From Nitrospira sp. (GTDB lineage: Bacteria; Nitrospirota; Nitrospiria; Nitrospirales; Nitrospiraceae), in contig JALHMZ010000001.1 of NCBI GenBank assembly GCA_022843785.1, positions 83,516-147,515 of the forward strand: DNA of 64,000 bases, written 5' to 3'. The position numbers were made by a program, and so were the translations under genes. Below are positions 9,574 through 18,647 of this stretch, one piece after another; positions within the stretch are counted from its first letter, which is position 1; every line of letters begins with the position of its first letter. Under the pieces are notes generated by a model. That model worked only from the letters and a program-made list of their open reading frames with translations. It made no database searches and had not been told where the DNA came from.

Positions 9574-10447
9574 GTCGTTCCTCCCCCGCCCACCGTCCGG
9601 GATTAAATACAATCGGGCGGATGTTGTTATCCACAAGGACCACGGCCCCCTCTGTCCGCTGGGGTCTGGCTACAACGGAGACCTGCGCCGCAGGCACCAC
9701 CAGCCGGGCCAGGAGCAGGGCGGCCGTATCCTGTCCCGTTGCATGCTCCACCAACGGAGCCAGTTTGCCGTCGAGTTCCTGCCACTGAGTCCCTTCCCGC
9801 CACGCCCCAAATACTGTCTGCCGGGCCGTATCCGCGCGTTCTGCCGGATCGGCGATTCCCGACACGTCCGGCCATCGATTGACCGGAGCCGGTGGATCCG
9901 CCTCCTTCCGGATAACCAATGTCACGGCGTATCCGTCCCGTATCCGCGAGGGGACGACCGGATCCAATGCTTCATAGGGCCCTGAGGCAAACGCCGGAGT
10001 TTTCCCTCGTTCACACGCGACAAACGTCAGGAATACATCGACCACCACACCGTTGAACGGGACTCCATGGAACCCTTGAGCCAGATCATCGTCGGATTGA
10101 GCTTCGTACCAGCGATTCAGTCTGAGACAAACGGTTCTCGGCAATTCAATCAATCGCCCCATCCGGTCGATCGCCAAACCAGGATCTACCTTGATCCGTT
10201 CCGGACGCCCCTCCGGCATCGAAGAATCAACACCGGAAGCTACAGCCGGCTCCCACATCACATGCAATCCCGCGACCGTACCGCTCCCGTACAGATAGGC
10301 CAAGGCCCTGGCCAGACGTCCGCGGTGATAGGTCTGCTCGTCGAGAAAGTCCTCGGCATCGAGCAACACGCCGGTGGCATACCAGAGACGATCCTGGGAT
10401 TCGCCTTGGGCTTGCGCTTTCGCCAGGGGATCGAGTTCGAGACTCAT
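9566..10447 (-). CDS. CIS fibre-base-like protein (293 aa)
   Basis: RLWYATGVLLDAEDFLDEQTY...GSGTVAGLHV...VDPGLAIDRMGRLI, the same N-terminal module as the two downstream genes. Confidence 0.65.
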   Translation of the reverse strand: MSLELDPLAKAQAQGESQDRLWYATGVLLDAEDFLDEQTYHRGRLARALAYLYGSGTVAGLHVMWEPAVASGVDSSMPEGRPERIKVDPGLAIDRMGRLIELPRTVCLRLNRWYEAQSDDDLAQGFHGVPFNGVVVDVFLTFVACERGKTPAFASGPYEALDPVVPSRIRDGYAVTLVIRKEADPPAPVNRWPDVSGIADPAERADTARQTVFGAWREGTQWQELDGKLAPLVEHATGQDTAALLLARLVVPAAQVSVVARPQRTEGAVVLVDNNIRPIVFNPGRWAGEERHV

Positions 10448-10797
10448 TGCGTTCCTCCTCTTCGCGGACGTTTCCGGCCCTGCGGCTTCACGGCCCCCTT
10501 CAGACTGCGCACCGGTGTAGAGATCCCCGTCCCTATCGGCTGAATCGGTTCAATCGGACTTATCGGCCTGATCGGTACCACGGGATCGATCGGAATCACC
10601 GGACCGATCGGGCCGACGATTGGCGGCGTAACCGGAAGCCGCGAAATAATCACCGTCTGAACATCCGGGATGCTCCGATTTCCCTGTGCATCCACGACCA
10701 CCAACTGAAACCGGTGGGTCCCCACGGACAAGCCGGCATCGACGTCGATGAACGGCTGCTCCGTTGTGATCGTCCGGCCCGGAACAAACGTTGCCAC
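10444..10797 (-). CDS. Half-PKD/Ig-like protein with (P-I/V-x)n and basic tail
   Basis: VGTHRFQLVVVDAQGNRS.PD..TV matches the C-terminal half of PKD domains. Overlaps the downstream start (ATGA). Confidence 0.7.
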   Translation of the reverse strand: MATFVPGRTITTEQPFIDVDAGLSVGTHRFQLVVVDAQGNRSIPDVQTVIISRLPVTPPIVGPIGPVIPIDPVVPIRPISPIEPIQPIGTGISTPVRSLKGAVKPQGRKRPRRGGTQ

Positions 10798-10806
10798 AGA
10801 TAACTC

Positions 10807-11112
10807 CTATTCCACCAAGGTCCAAATGAAGCGCGCGACTTGCCCCGGAACGGGATCGGACGACCGCTGCCCGCTCATCCGGAAGGGCCGACCGAAAGGC
10901 ACGGTACGCGGTGCGTCCAACACCGCGGTCGGATTGTCTTCGTCACGCACGATGACCTCAACCCGGTCAGGAGCCGAACGGTTCCCTGAATCATCGACGA
11001 CTTCCAATTGAAAGATGTGCCGGCCGACGGACAACGGCCGATTCGGCGTCACATCCACTGAAATCACATTCTCCGCTGTCTCAATCGGGACACCTGCCTC
11101 AAAAATTGCCAT
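10807..11112 (-). CDS. Permuted/split PKD-like protein (second half followed by first half)
   Basis: GRHIFQLEVVDDSGNRSAPDRVEV followed by PTAVLDAP.TV..G..F.MSG..SSDP...FIWT. RBS GGAAGAGG. Confidence 0.75.
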   Translation of the reverse strand: MAIFEAGVPIETAENVISVDVTPNRPLSVGRHIFQLEVVDDSGNRSAPDRVEVIVRDEDNPTAVLDAPRTVPFGRPFRMSGQRSSDPVPGQVARFIWTLVE

Positions 11113-11152
11113 GGCCTCTTCCTTTCGTCTGAATGAGTCGCACGATTTCTAT

Positions 11153-13672
11153 TTAGGCTAACCACTCCCACACGTACCGAACGAGGCGGCGGCCCTCGGC
11201 CGCCCGCGATCCTCGCGCGTCCAGCTGAAACGACCGGCCGAATCCGACGGTCTGCTCATCGCCGGCCTCGGCCACAGGAGGGCCGGATACTGTCGTCGGC
11301 ACAACCTGGGCCAGGGTGTCCAGTCGTGGATCGAGGCTCGGACTATGTACCAGCACATCGCGCCGCCCCAAACGCGAGCGCCCGACACGAACGGGACGCA
11401 CTGGTTGAGATGACCCCAGATAGGTATCGACGCCGACCAACGAGGCCGCACCGACAAGAAACGGTTCCGAAGCCGTCACCACCCGCACCGCCACATGCGC
11501 AGGAGATTCCAGATTCACGATGCGCCTGATCAAGCCCACCTCTTGCGGCTCAACCTGCTGATGCACCAGCACTGTGGCACGAAAAACCAACCGATCGAGG
11601 AAGCCCTCGACCGCCCGTTCTTCCCGCGCCGTAAGATCGAGCTCCGACGCAAACAGCGCCAAAAACTCTCGGCGTTCTTCCTGTCCCAGAAATAACGAGT
11701 CACCCACAAACGAGTTGCCGCCGACCACCAGCCCGCCCAAGAGCGAATCGTCTTCGTCCGCGAAATCGCCGCCCAGAATGGTCCCCATGGTTCGACGTAG
11801 CCGGTAATCTTCCAACACGACGATTTCGCCGCTCGCTACCGCGCCGCCGGTGGCGATGTCGAGCGCCAGCTTGAGGCCTTCCAGCGTCCCGCGTTTGCGA
11901 TAGAGCTCAGGAGCGGATGCGAGGAACCGGCGACGGCGGGCACCGGGAAAGGCCGGATCGAACGACACCCCGATCCAACTCCCGAGCCATTCCAGCGCTT
12001 CATCTGGAGTCGTTCGCGGATCGGTCAGAAGGTAGGCCGACGCAATCCGATCCTCGATAGGCGTCAACACACCTTCCATGTTGTCCAGAAACCGCTCAAG
12101 GAAATCGGATGGGGTCGCAGACTGCCCGGGCGCAAGCAACGTCTCCGCTTCATCCCCATACCTCGTCTCGTGATAGAGCTCCGGCAAATACCGGTCTCTA
12201 TAAGAGAACCGCGACGCATACGTTCGCACCGCCGCCACTTCCGGCGTCGTCCGGCCATTGCCGCTGAGCGTGACACGCACCCAGCAGTACCGCCCTTTCA
12301 CTTGCGTAACAGGACGATGCCCGCGTTGAATCAGCACCGTGAAAAGCCCTGCGCGATCCCGCACCAAGGGACAATTCAGCAGCCCGGGATAGAACGGAAC
12401 CTCCGACGCGCTGGAGACCCACGCTCCTTGTGGAACAGGTCCCTGCGCCACCATCGGCTGCCCAAAATAGTGGGGATGCCACGCGTCCTCGGATACGGGC
12501 GGCACCGCCTCCTCGCTGGCCGCCACGGCGATCACGACCGAACTATCCGGAGGGATCTCCGCTTCGAGATAGAGCCGATGCCATACGGTCTGCGAAGACC
12601 CGCTGTCGATCAGTATCGCATTCATGGCCTGCCCTTTCGTCGCAAAGGAGGGAAGCGAAAGGGCATGCAGTCCGGCGGATCCATCCACAGTTGGATAATG
12701 CGGTGGATCATTGAGCGTATGCAGAAACGGCCCGCCGGTATAGTCGGTCAAGGGGTACAAATCGCCGACCGGCTCTGCAACAAAGCCGGTCGTTCCTGAA
12801 ACCGGCTCAATCGGCATGGGGTAGACAAGGGCTTCACCCGGCACACCGATAACCAGCACAGCCAGCCGATCAAACCCGACCCATGCCACACTATAGGGAC
12901 GGCCGGCCCCCTGCAGCATGATCGCGGGGCCACGCCATCCGGTGGAATCGAGTAAACGGACGCGGGCTCCTCCTCCGGAGACCCAGATCAAGACTGCCAC
13001 GACCCCGTCGGCTCGACAGGCCAGCGCAACCGGCTGTTCATCAGATGCAAAGATAATCTGCGAGGCATCGAACAGATGCGGAGGATACGGATTCTCTGAA
13101 CAGGGTCGAACGACGTCCGGATCGTAGGGAGCAGAGGGTCGATCCGGAAACGGCAATCCCCTCACCCGACCGATCTTGCGTCGGACTCGATCCAGAACCC
13201 AGACCCCTCCGGAAGGATCCGCGGATAGCCGCCACGCAGTCCCTTCCGCCGACTCCAGCACCACCTGCGCCCATCGATCACGCGTGTCATGCAACAGGAT
13301 GCGGTCGCCCAACGCGACATACAACACATCGTCATACCCCATCGCGATGTCGGACGGAACCTGCCCGGTCGACATTGGAAGAACCGGGAACCGTCCGGGT
13401 CTGGCACCAGTCGCAACTATGGCCTGCGCCGTCGCATCCCACGATGCACGCATGCCGAATTGGTCCATCGCATCCGGCACAGACTCTAAGCGGGACAAGG
13501 CTTGGGCCTCCACCACCGCCGCTTCCATATCACTGACAACGGGGATCGCTCGCCGCCCCGCCAGCCGGAAGCGTCGGCGCACCGTGTCATACGTCAGCGC
13601 CGGTGGATCTCCTTCGATCCGCCATTGATGCGCATCGGCGAGCAACCAGTGTTTGAGTCCATTGGCGTCCAT
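11153..13672 (-). CDS. Baseplate wedge protein with phage tail protein I domain (Afp12-like), N-terminal propeller-like region and C-terminal half-PKD
   Basis: RYLPELY...FLERFLDNMEG...LTDPRTTPDEALEWLGSWIG...ELYRKRGTLEGL is the tail-I domain pattern. Confidence 0.8.
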   Translation of the reverse strand: MDANGLKHWLLADAHQWRIEGDPPALTYDTVRRRFRLAGRRAIPVVSDMEAAVVEAQALSRLESVPDAMDQFGMRASWDATAQAIVATGARPGRFPVLPMSTGQVPSDIAMGYDDVLYVALGDRILLHDTRDRWAQVVLESAEGTAWRLSADPSGGVWVLDRVRRKIGRVRGLPFPDRPSAPYDPDVVRPCSENPYPPHLFDASQIIFASDEQPVALACRADGVVAVLIWVSGGGARVRLLDSTGWRGPAIMLQGAGRPYSVAWVGFDRLAVLVIGVPGEALVYPMPIEPVSGTTGFVAEPVGDLYPLTDYTGGPFLHTLNDPPHYPTVDGSAGLHALSLPSFATKGQAMNAILIDSGSSQTVWHRLYLEAEIPPDSSVVIAVAASEEAVPPVSEDAWHPHYFGQPMVAQGPVPQGAWVSSASEVPFYPGLLNCPLVRDRAGLFTVLIQRGHRPVTQVKGRYCWVRVTLSGNGRTTPEVAAVRTYASRFSYRDRYLPELYHETRYGDEAETLLAPGQSATPSDFLERFLDNMEGVLTPIEDRIASAYLLTDPRTTPDEALEWLGSWIGVSFDPAFPGARRRRFLASAPELYRKRGTLEGLKLALDIATGGAVASGEIVVLEDYRLRRTMGTILGGDFADEDDSLLGGLVVGGNSFVGDSLFLGQEERREFLALFASELDLTAREERAVEGFLDRLVFRATVLVHQQVEPQEVGLIRRIVNLESPAHVAVRVVTASEPFLVGAASLVGVDTYLGSSQPVRPVRVGRSRLGRRDVLVHSPSLDPRLDTLAQVVPTTVSGPPVAEAGDEQTVGFGRSFQLDARGSRAAEGRRLVRYVWEWLA

Positions 13673-13777
13673 CTCGAAACTCTTAGCCCTTCAGCTGCAT
13701 GCTGGAAAACCTTGTTTGACATCTCCGACCGGCACGAGCATCAATCCCGGACGAGCACACACACTCGTACAGACTGC

Positions 13778-16063
13778 TCAGCAGAGATCCGGCACGACCG
13801 GAACCGCCACCCCCGACTGATCCGCAAAGGGATTCGGCACCCCTCGTAGATCATCCGGGGCCTCCTCGCCCACCACGACCACCACGCTCAATAACTCCGG
13901 CAATTGCCAGGGGTGCAGGGGCAACTGCACCGACGCGTCGGGTACCGCCCGCGGCAATCTGCTCCACTCCGCACCCTGCTGCTGGAACAAATTGATCGGC
14001 GCCACTCCACTGACTCCCGGAACGCGGGCCACAACCACTTCCAACTCCCGATCCCGCACTGAACGGCCCAATGGCCACCCCGTTCCATCAGTACCTCCAG
14101 GAGCCAACGGCCAGAGAGCACGGCGGAGTGCTTCACGCACCTCGGCCGTCACGGTCTCGCGCGACACCTCCCCTGACCCGGCAATCCTCTCACCGACGCT
14201 ACCACTGGTAAAACCGTCCTTCACTGTAATCGCGACACTCACACCTAAAGGCACATACTCGCAGCCGATTACATAGAGCTCGGTCCCAAGCGGCCGACGC
14301 GGGTCGAGCATGCCATGCACGGCTTCGAGAAACGGCCGGTCCGGCCTGGGATTCGGCAGGCCAGTCCCTTCCTTAAACGGAATCACCATGACCGACACGA
14401 CACCCGGCACCTCGAAACGCCGCTGATGCGGCTTGAACCGGGGCAGTACTTCCACACGACCCATCCGCACACCGGGTGTCCGCGCCGCCAGTTCCTGATA
14501 ATCGGTTTCCGTCACCGCCCGATCCCGATGACGAAAGAGCGCAGGAATACGCCGCTCCGCTTCTCCCAGCGTTTCTGCATCGGTGCCGCCTTGAGTCGGC
14601 AAGGTTTGGGAAATTTTCAATTTGGTCGTGACCACCGCCCCACGAAGATCGCGGGCCGCAATGGAGGTCAGACTGCCCGGAGGAAGATTCCCTGCCACTC
14701 CGCCTCCCGCCCGCATCACCGCAACGCGAATGCGCATCCCGGCCTCGGGAATGCGACCTCGCATGCCGTCTCCGAAGCGGATGGTTCCGGCCTCCCGGTC
14801 AAGCTGATAGACCGCGGCATCCCGTCCCGCCAAGGCCAGATCCTCAATCCGCTGCCAGAGCTGAAATCCACGCCCGCTTTCTTCGACGTGGATCACGAGC
14901 GACTCGGCCTCAATCGACTGACCCGGCAACTGGCATTCCTGATCGGCTGTCCCTGCACTGTGGGCAATGACCCGGTTGGTGAGGGTCTTACGCTGATCGA
15001 TCTCCGCGGCATTGATACCGACCCAACTCAACGCCAGCCGTTGCAGCGACTTTACCGTCGGGCGGATGCGAATCCATGCGACCAGCCGAGCGGCCAGATC
15101 AGCTTGGTCCAACCGAGGCGGCGCATCGCCTACCCCGGCCTTGAGGTTCGCGCGCACATCATTGCTCGGCACGCGAATCCTCGACCCAGCCGGCAGCACC
15201 AAGCGCACCACTCCGGATCGCGTCAGGTCGACAGTCGTATCGGCTGCCACATCCAGGGTCAGATAGTCCGGCTCACCGCGCTCATCTACCGTACCAATTT
15301 CCCACACATGCGGAATCCTGGCGCGGGGACCAATCTCGTCAAACAAGGCCGGAATCGTAATCGAGGGCATGACTCCGACCGACAGTACTTGCTGACCACC
15401 GCTCGCATTACGACCCAGCGTTGCACGAATCTGTTCAACCAACGCAGGCTGCAACTCACGGGTGGGTGCCTTGGGCGCAAGCAACGCCAGCCACAGGGAG
15501 CGATCCACCGTTTGCATCATCAGATCGAACCCATCCGCATCGGGCGCACCGTCTACAAAAATCGGGGTCGTCACGTACGGTGTCGGCAACGACGTCAATC
15601 GATAGACCGATTGCAGTCCGGGAACCACGGCCGCGAAATCGTTCCGTTCTTCCTCGCTCAACGGCCGTTTGTAAAAGGCTTCGGCTGTAACCGGCAAGAC
15701 CGTGAGTTCCGTTCTTGTCTCAAAGGTGACGGGCTTTTCGATCGTCGCCCGCCCCTGGATTGCCACGGACTGCGTCATGGACTCGTCGTCGATCTGCACC
15801 GTGACCAGGCCCTGAGCCGGCACGGCGGACCGCATCGGTACGCCAAGCAATCGCAGGAACGCCAGGCGCTGACGCTCCGGAATCAGATTCGCTCGATAGA
15901 GCAGCGTGTCGGTCAGCCAGGCGAACAGCTCGATGAGGGTCCGTCCGGGATCGCCCGGCCGCGGATGCGTCCATTCCGGCGTGTGGGCGGGAATCCGCGC
16001 GAGCAGTTCTTCCACCAAATCCTGATAACTGCGATCGTCGAGAGCGGGCGGACGAATCGGCAT
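13778..16063 (-). CDS. Baseplate assembly protein J-like (Afp11-like)
   Basis: PALDDRSYQDLVEELLARIPAHTPEWT...DPGRTLIELFAW; also FGDGMRGRIP, GGTDAETL and DRAVTETDY motifs. Confidence 0.92.
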   Translation of the reverse strand: MPIRPPALDDRSYQDLVEELLARIPAHTPEWTHPRPGDPGRTLIELFAWLTDTLLYRANLIPERQRLAFLRLLGVPMRSAVPAQGLVTVQIDDESMTQSVAIQGRATIEKPVTFETRTELTVLPVTAEAFYKRPLSEEERNDFAAVVPGLQSVYRLTSLPTPYVTTPIFVDGAPDADGFDLMMQTVDRSLWLALLAPKAPTRELQPALVEQIRATLGRNASGGQQVLSVGVMPSITIPALFDEIGPRARIPHVWEIGTVDERGEPDYLTLDVAADTTVDLTRSGVVRLVLPAGSRIRVPSNDVRANLKAGVGDAPPRLDQADLAARLVAWIRIRPTVKSLQRLALSWVGINAAEIDQRKTLTNRVIAHSAGTADQECQLPGQSIEAESLVIHVEESGRGFQLWQRIEDLALAGRDAAVYQLDREAGTIRFGDGMRGRIPEAGMRIRVAVMRAGGGVAGNLPPGSLTSIAARDLRGAVVTTKLKISQTLPTQGGTDAETLGEAERRIPALFRHRDRAVTETDYQELAARTPGVRMGRVEVLPRFKPHQRRFEVPGVVSVMVIPFKEGTGLPNPRPDRPFLEAVHGMLDPRRPLGTELYVIGCEYVPLGVSVAITVKDGFTSGSVGERIAGSGEVSRETVTAEVREALRRALWPLAPGGTDGTGWPLGRSVRDRELEVVVARVPGVSGVAPINLFQQQGAEWSRLPRAVPDASVQLPLHPWQLPELLSVVVVVGEEAPDDLRGVPNPFADQSGVAVPVVPDLC

Positions 16064-16066
16064 CGG

Positions 16067-16465
16067 TCAGCCTCCAACCTCGACGGTCAGTCCCAGCTGG
16101 TGGGAGACACCCGTCCGTTTCAACCGGTAGCCGATGACCACCCGCACATGCGACAGTTCTCCCGGCACCTCGGCGACCTCGACACGATCAAGCATAATGC
16201 GATCCTCCCAGCGCCCGAGGGCCTCGGATACGGAATCTCTGATCCTCCGACGAGTGGTCAACGTGTTCGGTTCATGTAGAAACTCACTCAGCCCGGCGCC
16301 GAAATCCGGACGCATCAACTGTTCCCCCGGCTGCGTTTGCAAGATGACCCGGATCGCCTGTCTGACGCTGTCGTCCAGCGACGGGAACGCGAGTCGTCCA
16401 TCGATATCGGGCTGCGGCAGGAGCGGCCAGCCGAGAGAGGGTCGAGGAAGCGCAGCCTGGGTCAT
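16067..16465 (-). CDS. gp25/GPW-family baseplate protein (Afp9-like)
   Basis: SVRQAIRVILQTQPGEQLMRPDFGAGL...RWEDRI. Start moved to ATG 16465 (GGAGG RBS, ATGA overlap). Confidence 0.92.
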   Translation of the reverse strand: MTQAALPRPSLGWPLLPQPDIDGRLAFPSLDDSVRQAIRVILQTQPGEQLMRPDFGAGLSEFLHEPNTLTTRRRIRDSVSEALGRWEDRIMLDRVEVAEVPGELSHVRVVIGYRLKRTGVSHQLGLTVEVGG

Positions 16466-17964
16466 GATTTCCTCCCTGGAATCGGGATACAGATCTTGAT
16501 GTACAGCAGCCACTGAAAAATGATGTTGAACAGCTGCAAAAATATATTCAGCACAATGAAGGCGCAAATCGTGATCAAGGGAAGGCTGAAGCTGCAGAGC
16601 CACTGGATGCCCAACTTCGGAGACGGAGTGACCTTTTTCCCGTCGGCCAGGCTCTTGGCATCGCCCTGCAACAGATTAAACAACCCCTCCGGTACGGCAA
16701 ACGCCACATTGGGTTTCATCTTCTTAAGAAAATCCTTCGTAACGTCCGGCAAGGCAATTTGCACCGGCGGAGCCCCATTATTGTCGTACCACGGAGCAAT
16801 TGTGAAAGGTTCGCTGTACTCACTCCACACTGTCTCGGGAGGACAGCGGTCGTCCTGTTTCACCCGCACGAAGGCGCGGAGGCGATACTGCCGTCCTTCC
16901 TCACCGAACCGTCCTTGCCCGCCTCCCACTTGCGCAAGGCGGGTTTGCATCGTCCCCAACACCAGCTTCGCCAAGGTCGACGCCTGCGTCTCACTCATTA
17001 CAGGCCATTCATCAGGCATAGCCTGTGAGGCGGTGCCGGAGAGATCCCCCTCCAACAACACGCTGGAGGCAGCCTTAAGAAAATCACCTGCCTTGATCGA
17101 GCCCTGTTCCCCGGTCAATACAATACTGTTGAGGCCGGCAAACAACGTGCGGGCGGCCTGCGTCTCTCCGAACGCGTCGAACTCGATGGCCACCTGTTTG
17201 AGTAGCATCACAAAGTCGGCCAATGATGCGTTCGCCGGGTCCAATTTATTCAGCGCAGTACCGGCAAAGGGAAAAGATCGAGGCCCACCGGCCTTTAAAT
17301 ACCGATGTAGATGGCCTTCCAGGTCCTTCTCCGTAAAGGATGGGAATGCCGGCGATTCCGTCATCTCCGAGCTGGTCACCGGGATCACTCCGTACAGGAG
17401 CGTCCGCCCGGTCGCACGGCAGACCTCCGGAGGGGCGATGAACAACGGCGCTTCCTGCTCCCGTAACCTGGTAACCTGACCCGTTTGCATAGCCAGCAAA
17501 CGATTGATCTCATGATGCCCGGCCGACAATTCAGGACGGCGGAAGGCTGGGTCGGGATCCCGCGTTTCATGTTGTACGTTGGAGAAGGGCACCCAACCCC
17601 GGAAAAGCCGATTCTCCTGCATCCAGGCTTCGCGCATTTCTCCACTCTTGCCGCTCGTTGAGGTACGCCGGACGACGAGACCGGCCCCGACGATTTGTTT
17701 CGGATCCAGTCGCGGACGGCCGAAGGTCAGACAGGAGACATCCAACAAAGCCAGGTGAAACGTGCGGTGAATCGGTTGAAATAATTTTAAGATCCCATTC
17801 GTATCGCGAGTCCTGGCTGCCGACTTGAGCACATCCGGCAACCCCTGCTCCCGTGAAAGCCGATCCAGCAGGGCCGGGAGAAAGTCCTGCTCGGTCCGCT
17901 CCAGAATCACCGGACCGGCAGCTGCCCCCCCTGCGCCTTGAAGACTGACCTCATGCGCTACCAT
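16462..17964 (-). CDS. Hypothetical 500 aa protein with long hydrophobic Cys-containing C-terminus (probable membrane segment)
   Basis: Translationally coupled on both sides. C-terminus WLCSFSLPLITICAFIVLNIFLQLFNIIFQWLLYIKICIPIP. Confidence 0.8.
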   Translation of the reverse strand: MVAHEVSLQGAGGAAAGPVILERTEQDFLPALLDRLSREQGLPDVLKSAARTRDTNGILKLFQPIHRTFHLALLDVSCLTFGRPRLDPKQIVGAGLVVRRTSTSGKSGEMREAWMQENRLFRGWVPFSNVQHETRDPDPAFRRPELSAGHHEINRLLAMQTGQVTRLREQEAPLFIAPPEVCRATGRTLLYGVIPVTSSEMTESPAFPSFTEKDLEGHLHRYLKAGGPRSFPFAGTALNKLDPANASLADFVMLLKQVAIEFDAFGETQAARTLFAGLNSIVLTGEQGSIKAGDFLKAASSVLLEGDLSGTASQAMPDEWPVMSETQASTLAKLVLGTMQTRLAQVGGGQGRFGEEGRQYRLRAFVRVKQDDRCPPETVWSEYSEPFTIAPWYDNNGAPPVQIALPDVTKDFLKKMKPNVAFAVPEGLFNLLQGDAKSLADGKKVTPSPKLGIQWLCSFSLPLITICAFIVLNIFLQLFNIIFQWLLYIKICIPIPGRKS

Positions 17965-18647
17965 ATGTTACCCGCTCCCGGGGTATACATAGACGACACG
18001 ACCGTCGTAGCAATCAGCGTGTCGCATTGGACCACGCCTGAAAACTTGGACATCCCGGCGTTGACTGTCACCATGCCCGCGCTGACCTCGACCTGACTGG
18101 CCTCCACCGTTACTTTGGCCGAGGCCTGAATCGTGACGCCGCTTGTCTCCATCGTGACGGTATTGCCCGCAGCCTCCAGCTTGATCTTTCCCCCGGCCTC
18201 GTCGGTCAACGTCCCCTTCACTCCCGCAGGCGTCTCAAACACGATCCGCTCCTGCCCGCTTCCTTCCTCCACGATAGAAAACTTTGTGCCGGCCTTTCCC
18301 GTAATCGTCCACCGGTCCACACGATCGCCCGGCAAGGAATCCGGCGCCTGATCGCGACTGTTCCACAACCCACCCACCACCATGGGAAAACGCGGATCGC
18401 CATTCAGGAACACAACCAGCACCTCGTCCCCGACGTCAGGCAGCAGGAATGCCCCCTTGTTGCCGCCCGCAAATGGTACAGCCACACGCGCCCACACCGG
18501 CCCATCCTGGTCGTCAAGCCCATCACAGTTGAGCAAGCGGATCTGTACCCTCGTCAACCCGTCGGGATCTTCCACCGACACGACCTCGGCCAGATAACTC
18601 GCGGTCCACAGACCGGCCGGTATCTCGAATCGATTCCCGACCGTCAT
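17958..18647 (-). CDS. Spike protein gpV/gp5-like (OB fold + short beta-helix)
   Basis: WARVAVPFAGGNKGAFLLPDVGDEVLVVFLNGDPRFPMVVGGLWN. Start moved to ATG 18647 (ATGA overlap). Confidence 0.9.
   Translation of the reverse strand: MTVGNRFEIPAGLWTASYLAEVVSVEDPDGLTRVQIRLLNCDGLDDQDGPVWARVAVPFAGGNKGAFLLPDVGDEVLVVFLNGDPRFPMVVGGLWNSRDQAPDSLPGDRVDRWTITGKAGTKFSIVEEGSGQERIVFETPAGVKGTLTDEAGGKIKLEAAGNTVTMETSGVTIQASAKVTVEASQVEVSAGMVTVNAGMSKFSGVVQCDTLIATTVVSSMYTPGAGNIW

Noticed and set aside
14315-16279. 654-aa plus-strand ORF (likewise 23308-24603, 35058-36266, 41304-42299, 56005-56580)
   Set aside because: Antisense shadows of well-supported genes in GC-rich DNA, with no recognisable motifs.
16466-16603. 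N-terminal extensions in the ORF track (gp25, sheath 1, metF, rpsF, pilS, 44136-45233 and others)
   Set aside because: They overlap upstream genes; downstream starts have a proper RBS and family-typical N-termini.
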